DNA of 64,000 nucleotides from Bacteroidales bacterium (GTDB lineage Bacteria; Bacteroidota; Bacteroidia; Bacteroidales; FEN-979): NCBI GenBank assembly GCA_963682005.1, contig OY820914.1, positions 4,964,979 to 5,028,978 of the forward strand, read 5' to 3'. Shown piece by piece: positions 63,582 to 64,000 of this stretch (position 1 is its first letter; each line of letters starts with the position of its first letter). The notes under the pieces were generated by a model. It saw only the letters and a program-made list of their open reading frames with translations, ran no database searches and was not told where the DNA came from. The position numbers and the translations under genes were made by a program.

Positions 63582-63812
63582 ATGGAAGAAAAATTGATTG
63601 CATTTATAAAATCCGAATATCTGTCTGATTCGGGAATGGAGATCACTCCCGACACAAAACTGATCTCTACCGGTTTGATTGATTCTTTCTCGCTTGTTTC
63701 ACTTCAGGTATACATTGAGAAACAATTCGGAAAACGAATACCCGCACCCAAATTCACCGTCGATAATATGAATTCCGTAAAGCAGATTGTCGAGATCATT
63801 AACAAATTCTGA
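63582..63812 (+). CDS. acyl/peptidyl carrier protein (DltC-like)
   Basis: GLIDSFSLVSL phosphopantetheine-site pattern; 76 aa. Confidence 0.7.
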   Translation: MEEKLIAFIKSEYLSDSGMEITPDTKLISTGLIDSFSLVSLQVYIEKQFGKRIPAPKFTVDNMNSVKQIVEIINKF

Positions 63813-63817
63813 AAAGG

Positions 63818-64000
63818 ATGATCATTTCAATCCCTTTCTTTCTGACCCTCTTCATTTCGTTTTCTCTTTACTGGTTAATTCCACGCCAATCCTACAGGAT
63901 TTTCTTCCTTTCAGCCATCAGCCTGGCATTTATCGCTTACCTTGATTACCATGCCTCAATTGTGGTTTTCTGTCTTTCCGTTTATGCATATGCGTTTTCT
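63818..64000 (+). CDS. MBOAT-family membrane O-acyltransferase (5' partial, runs off the window)
   Basis: ATG at 63818. Open frame to the window end encoding MIISIPFFLTLFISFSLYWLIPRQSYRIFFLSAISLAFIAYLDY, typical of DltB/AlgI-like N-termini. Confidence 0.55.
   Translation, partial: MIISIPFFLTLFISFSLYWLIPRQSYRIFFLSAISLAFIAYLDYHASIVVFCLSVYAYAFS

Overview
The window looks like a Bacteroidota-type chromosome segment. Supporting signs are TAnnTTTG -7 promoter boxes, a UpxY-like antiterminator heading a polysaccharide locus, and a GlsA/GlsB-like lipid gene pair. It splits into two parts.

(1) 2769-36893 is an AT-rich, ~34-kb integrative mobilizable element inserted in the 3' end of tRNA-Leu(UAA).
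- It is bounded by a 63-bp tRNA-derived direct repeat.
- It carries int/xis, a T4CP, a relaxosome accessory protein, a relaxase, ArdC and RadC. I recognise no mating-pore genes.
- Its cargo is conflict-oriented: an AlwI-family type IIS R-M pair next to an RloC/PrrC-like zinc-hook ATPase; an unassigned soluble + multi-TM gene pair; and a small tyrosine-recombinase module bracketed by inverted TGTCGCAYAAT sites.
- It also holds a rep-like gene split by an IS66 element with an 8-bp TSD, and a 7.3-kb SpvB/FG-GAP/RHS toxin cassette with three membrane immunity candidates, flanked by ~300-bp direct repeats of the rep 3' end.
- It has a compact Ubl / E1-like / Cys-rich three-gene operon with a convergent TPR gene.

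(2) 36.8-64 kb is core genome: tRNA-Leu, tRNA-Gly, mutS, a SpoU methyltransferase, an OmpA-family protein, a dNK, folK, sppA, a DHOD-like gene, PFOR, mutS2, acyl-CoA carboxyltransferase + BCCP, rpsT, lipid acyltransferases, engB, wecB, and the start of a CPS locus.

Between 47.7 and 62.6 kb, many of the core's intergenic spacers carry tandem 7-8-bp oligomer arrays, often arranged as inverted arms. One such array is inserted in frame inside mutS2.

All calls come from reading the sequence and from remembered family motifs. No searches were run.
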